Assembly (NCBI GenBank): GCA_951406725.2
Contig: OX597823.1
Coordinates: 33,480,001 to 33,544,000 of the forward strand
Reading direction: 5' to 3'
DNA length: 64,000 bases
Source: Octopus vulgaris
Taxonomy: Eukaryota
The notes beneath the pieces are model-generated. The model was not told where the DNA came from and did no database searches. It saw only the letters and a list, made by a program, of their open reading frames with translations. Below are positions 61,974 through 64,000 of this stretch, in pieces; position 1 is the first letter of the stretch, and every line of letters begins with the position of its first letter. A program made the position numbers and the translations under genes.

Positions 61974-64000
61974 CACACACAAAAAATCCAAGCCCCCTGC
62001 AACAGTCAAAACCAGCCACTACACTAACCTCCACATTCCTACTCAATGCACAAGGTGTCAGCCCTTCCATCAATGCACAAAAATGGAAGGTCCAATTCAT
62101 TGAAGACTGGGTTGGTAACCATTCACACCACATCCCTTTCTTCATTCTCACTGAGACCCACCTTGACAACTCCCACTTGGAAGCCGAAGTGAGAGTGAAG
62201 AATTTCACAACCATCCGCGCGGATCGTATCGGCAGGAGGAAGGGTGGAACTGCCATTTTCCTGCATGATTCATTTACGGTAGATGGAAATAGTATATTCT
62301 CCAACGGCTACTGTGAATCAGTCACCGTGCACAACAAAGCCAATGACCTGACAGTAATTGGGCTCTATAGGCCGCCCCAAACACCCATACTGTGCTTTAA
62401 AGAATGCCTCAACAGCATTAAGTGCTTTATTCAACAGTGCCATTCTAGCAACATACTCATGATGGGAGACTTCAATCTACCCTGTGTTGACTGGACTACA
62501 AACTGTTTGAAACCAAGCACTCCCGCCTCAACCGCTGACAAAGAAGCAGCAGAGTCACTTTTCGACTTTACGAATGAGTTTTTCTTGTCCCAACTTGTCC
62601 TTGCACCAACAAGACATCAGAACATTTTGGACCTAGTGTTTAGTAACCACACTAACACTATACATAACGTTACAGTGGAAAAAAACCTTCTTTCAGACCA
62701 TGACATGGTTCTCTGTAACATGAAATTCCACCAGCCGAAAGCTAATCCTAGTGACCTTCCTCCAGCCCACCCATTTGACAACATGGATCTCCATAAAGCC
62801 AACTGGGATGCAATCAGGAACGAGCTATCAAATGTTGACTGGTCCTTTACACATACACACATCTCCACCAACCATAAAACATCTTGGCAGATCTTTGTAG
62901 ACACCGTCACAGACATATGTGCAAAACACTCCCCACCAAGACCTGTGAACAAAAAGTGCAGAATCCCCCAAAACAGAAAAACCATTATCAGAAAAATAAA
63001 AAGAACAAACAAAAAAATTAACAAACTAAAGTACTGCCAACAGCAACACACACATTCGACGGCTATCGCACTGCTTGAATCCAAAAAATATAACCTCCAA
63101 CAATGCATGAAGACCCTCATCAATAACCAAAGATCAGCTGAGGAGAAGTGGGCCATTGAAAAAATCAAACTCAACCCCAAAGTGTTCTTTTCATTTGCAA
63201 GGAAACGCAGGGTCACTGTCTCCACTGTAGGCCCTCTAATTGACGAAACTGGCACTCTCCAAGATAATGCCAAATCCATGGCCGAGATACTGCAGAAACA
63301 ATACTGCTCTGTTTTCAGCAATCCTGATATGGCCGATCTGGGCTGTATCAGTGATGTCAACCCCCAACACACTATATCGGACATAACGTTTAGTGCCCCT
63401 GATGTCTTAGCGGCGATAAACGAAATAAAACACAATTCAGCAGTAGGCCCCGATAGGTTCCCTGCTTGTGTCCTGAAGGTGTGTCGACACCAACTTGCAT
63501 CTCCCCTTGCTAATCTGTGGAGAAACTCACTGGATGCTGGCTATATTCCAAAAAACCTTCTGTCCCAGTCTGTTGTCCCAGTTTTCAAAAAGGGAAACAA
63601 GTCCCTTGCAGTGAATTACCGTCCGATCTCACTCACCTCTCATATCATCAAGGTATTTGAGAGGGTGGTGAGATCTCGAATAACCCAATTTCTGGAAAGC
63701 AACAGACGGCTGATCTCCAACCAACATGGGTTCCGTAATGGAAGGGACTGCCTAACGCAGCTCCTGCATCACTTTGAGGACATTTTGAGAGCTTTGGGAG
63801 AGGGCTCCAACACCGATGTCATCTACCTTGATTTCAGTAAGGCCTTCGACAGGGTCGATCACAAGATCCTATTGAAAAAACTATCCAACATTAGTGTCTC
63901 TGGAAAGTTACTGAAATGGATCAAGTGTTTCCTGACAGACAGATCTCAACATGTTGTAGTTGAAGGGGTAAAATCAAGCCCAGCCAAAGTCAGTAGTGGC
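61847..64000 (+). CDS. LINE ORF2 (APE endonuclease + reverse transcriptase), partial; open frame without an upstream ATG
   Basis: Hand translation is stop-free from 61847 to the window end: LLNAQGV, FILTETHL, RADRIGRRKGGTAIF, GLYRPP, MGDFNLP, PTRHQNILDLVF, SDHDMV, GPDRFP, PVFKKG, NYRPISLTS, QHGFR, YLDFSKAFDRVDH. Absent from the ORF track, presumably because it has no stop in the window. Confidence 0.93.

Larger units (their letters stand above)
60425..64000 (+). mobile_element. Apparently intact CR1-group (APE) LINE: 5' UTR + ORF1 + ORF2, extends beyond window; 5' boundary approximate
   Basis: Two long uninterrupted frames with canonical LINE motifs. Confidence 0.92.

Noticed and set aside
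62617-63435. 272-aa and 125-aa antisense ORFs over LINE ORF2
   Set aside because: Shadow ORFs on the opposite strand of a long coding frame; no recognisable motifs.

Overview
Eukaryotic, AT-rich, repeat-saturated intergenic or intronic DNA. The SINE families, dense (TA)n/(CA)n/(TACA)n/(AAT)n microsatellites and LINE spectrum point to an octopus (coleoid cephalopod) genome; this is inferred, not database-checked. No host protein-coding gene can be called with confidence, and most ORF-track entries are microsatellite artefacts. Recognisable content: an apparently intact CR1-group LINE running off the right edge (ORF1 60744-61973; ORF2 frame open 61847-64000), five R4/Dong-like RLE-LINE copies or fragments mostly at (AAT)n, a GIY-YIG Penelope-like element plus solo pLTR fragments, two RTE LINE remnants, a Chapaev3-like transposase pseudogene, several Tc1/mariner relics, MITEs, non-autonomous Helitrons and a Helentron-type element, three tRNA-derived SINE families, a ~1.04-kb tandem duplication with breakpoints in SINEs, and a 27-bp higher-order satellite spanning a 100-N gap. 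Two observations stand out. (1) A two-copy short element joins a tRNA-like Pol III head to a Penelope-type minimal hammerhead ribozyme tail, with Penelope-style inverted terminal duplications: a candidate Penelope-mobilised ribozyme-SINE. (2) An in-phase U_UUU_UUA slippery site lies where the ATG-less LINE ORF2 overlaps ORF1 in the -1 frame: a candidate programmed -1 frameshift.
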